Source: an uncultured Candidatus Saccharibacteria bacterium
GTDB taxonomy: Bacteria; Patescibacteriota; Saccharimonadia; Saccharimonadales; JACDBH01
Reading direction: 5' to 3'
DNA length: 64,000 nucleotides
Assembly: GCA_964431415.1 (NCBI GenBank)
Contig: CAYSJS010000001.1
Coordinates: 65,740-129,739, forward strand
In this document: in pieces, positions 63,719 through 64,000 of the stretch
How the letters are laid out: the number at the start of each line of letters is the position of its first letter
Numbering within the stretch: position 1 is the stretch's first letter
The notes under the pieces: generated by a model
Seen by the model: the letters and a program-made list of their open reading frames with translations, nothing else
What the model was told of the DNA's origin: nothing
Database searches by the model: none
Position numbers and translations under genes: made by a program

Positions 63719-64000
63719 CTAAAAATAATGATACTCTGCGTCGATCTCTGCCAATCGAGAGACGACAATTTGTAATAGCTCAGGTGTTGCTGCGGCAAGG
63801 AAATACCTATCCCATCCACTTTCCGGCTTCGTATAATCTAGTTTTTTACCATCTATATCCGTTATGCTGCCACCTGCTTCTGTAAGTATTACTTCTGCTG
63901 CCAAGGTGTCCCATTTACCTGCCTTGAGGTTTGTATGAATAAATATATCTGCATCTGCAGCGGCAACAAGACCAATTTTTGCGCCGATACATCCCTCTGG
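63719..64000 (-). CDS. Inositol monophosphatase / CysQ-family phosphatase, C-terminal part (truncated by the window edge)
   Basis: The frame stays open to position 64000. GKWDTLAAEVILTEAGGSITDIDGKKL matches the IMPase WD-x-AA...EAGG motif. Confidence 0.75.
   Translation of the reverse strand, partial: PEGCIGAKIGLVAAADADIFIHTNLKAGKWDTLAAEVILTEAGGSITDIDGKKLDYTKPESGWDRYFLAAATPELLQIVVSRLAEIDAEYHYF

Overview
The window is a 64-kb bacterial chromosome segment of about 48-50% GC. By inference from gene content only, it comes from a reduced-genome CPR/Patescibacteria lineage, probably Saccharibacteria-like: a phosphoketolase-acetate kinase pair, type IV pilin genes, a Tmk-ThyX fusion, many orphan ORFs and no rpoBC after rplL.

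The first ~42 kb is mostly core genome:
- secE-nusG-rplK-rplA and rplJ-rplL, interrupted by orphan ORFs
- a dcd / tmk-thyX dTTP module
- dnaX, dnaB, ybaB, recR, a DHH phosphoesterase and cysS
- an AI-2E transporter, two GT4 glycosyltransferases and a DEAD-box helicase
- three prepilin-type genes
- a Crp-family regulator with a CheY-like receiver and a histidine kinase
- a DD-carboxypeptidase
- a GtrB/GtrA/GT-C-LmbE glycosylation trio
- xfp-ackA

From ~42.5 kb onward the region is accessory. It is lower in GC and made of short, mostly minus-strand single-gene units. A shared 25-75 nt motif family sits just 3' of their stop codons, so the layout resembles a gene-cassette array. No recombinase is present in the window.

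Embedded in this array, and bracketed by the two most similar motif copies (~65 nt direct repeats), is a tightly coupled sugar-modification cluster at 53.7-62.3 kb. It encodes a GT4, an LmbE deacetylase, a G1P-dehydrogenase-like enzyme, a HAD phosphatase, a radical SAM/SPASM-like enzyme, a GT-wHTH fusion, an NDP-sugar dehydrogenase and a kinase. I cannot map it to a characterised pathway, and it is my best candidate for an undescribed system.

All functional calls come from motif recognition by eye; no database search was possible.
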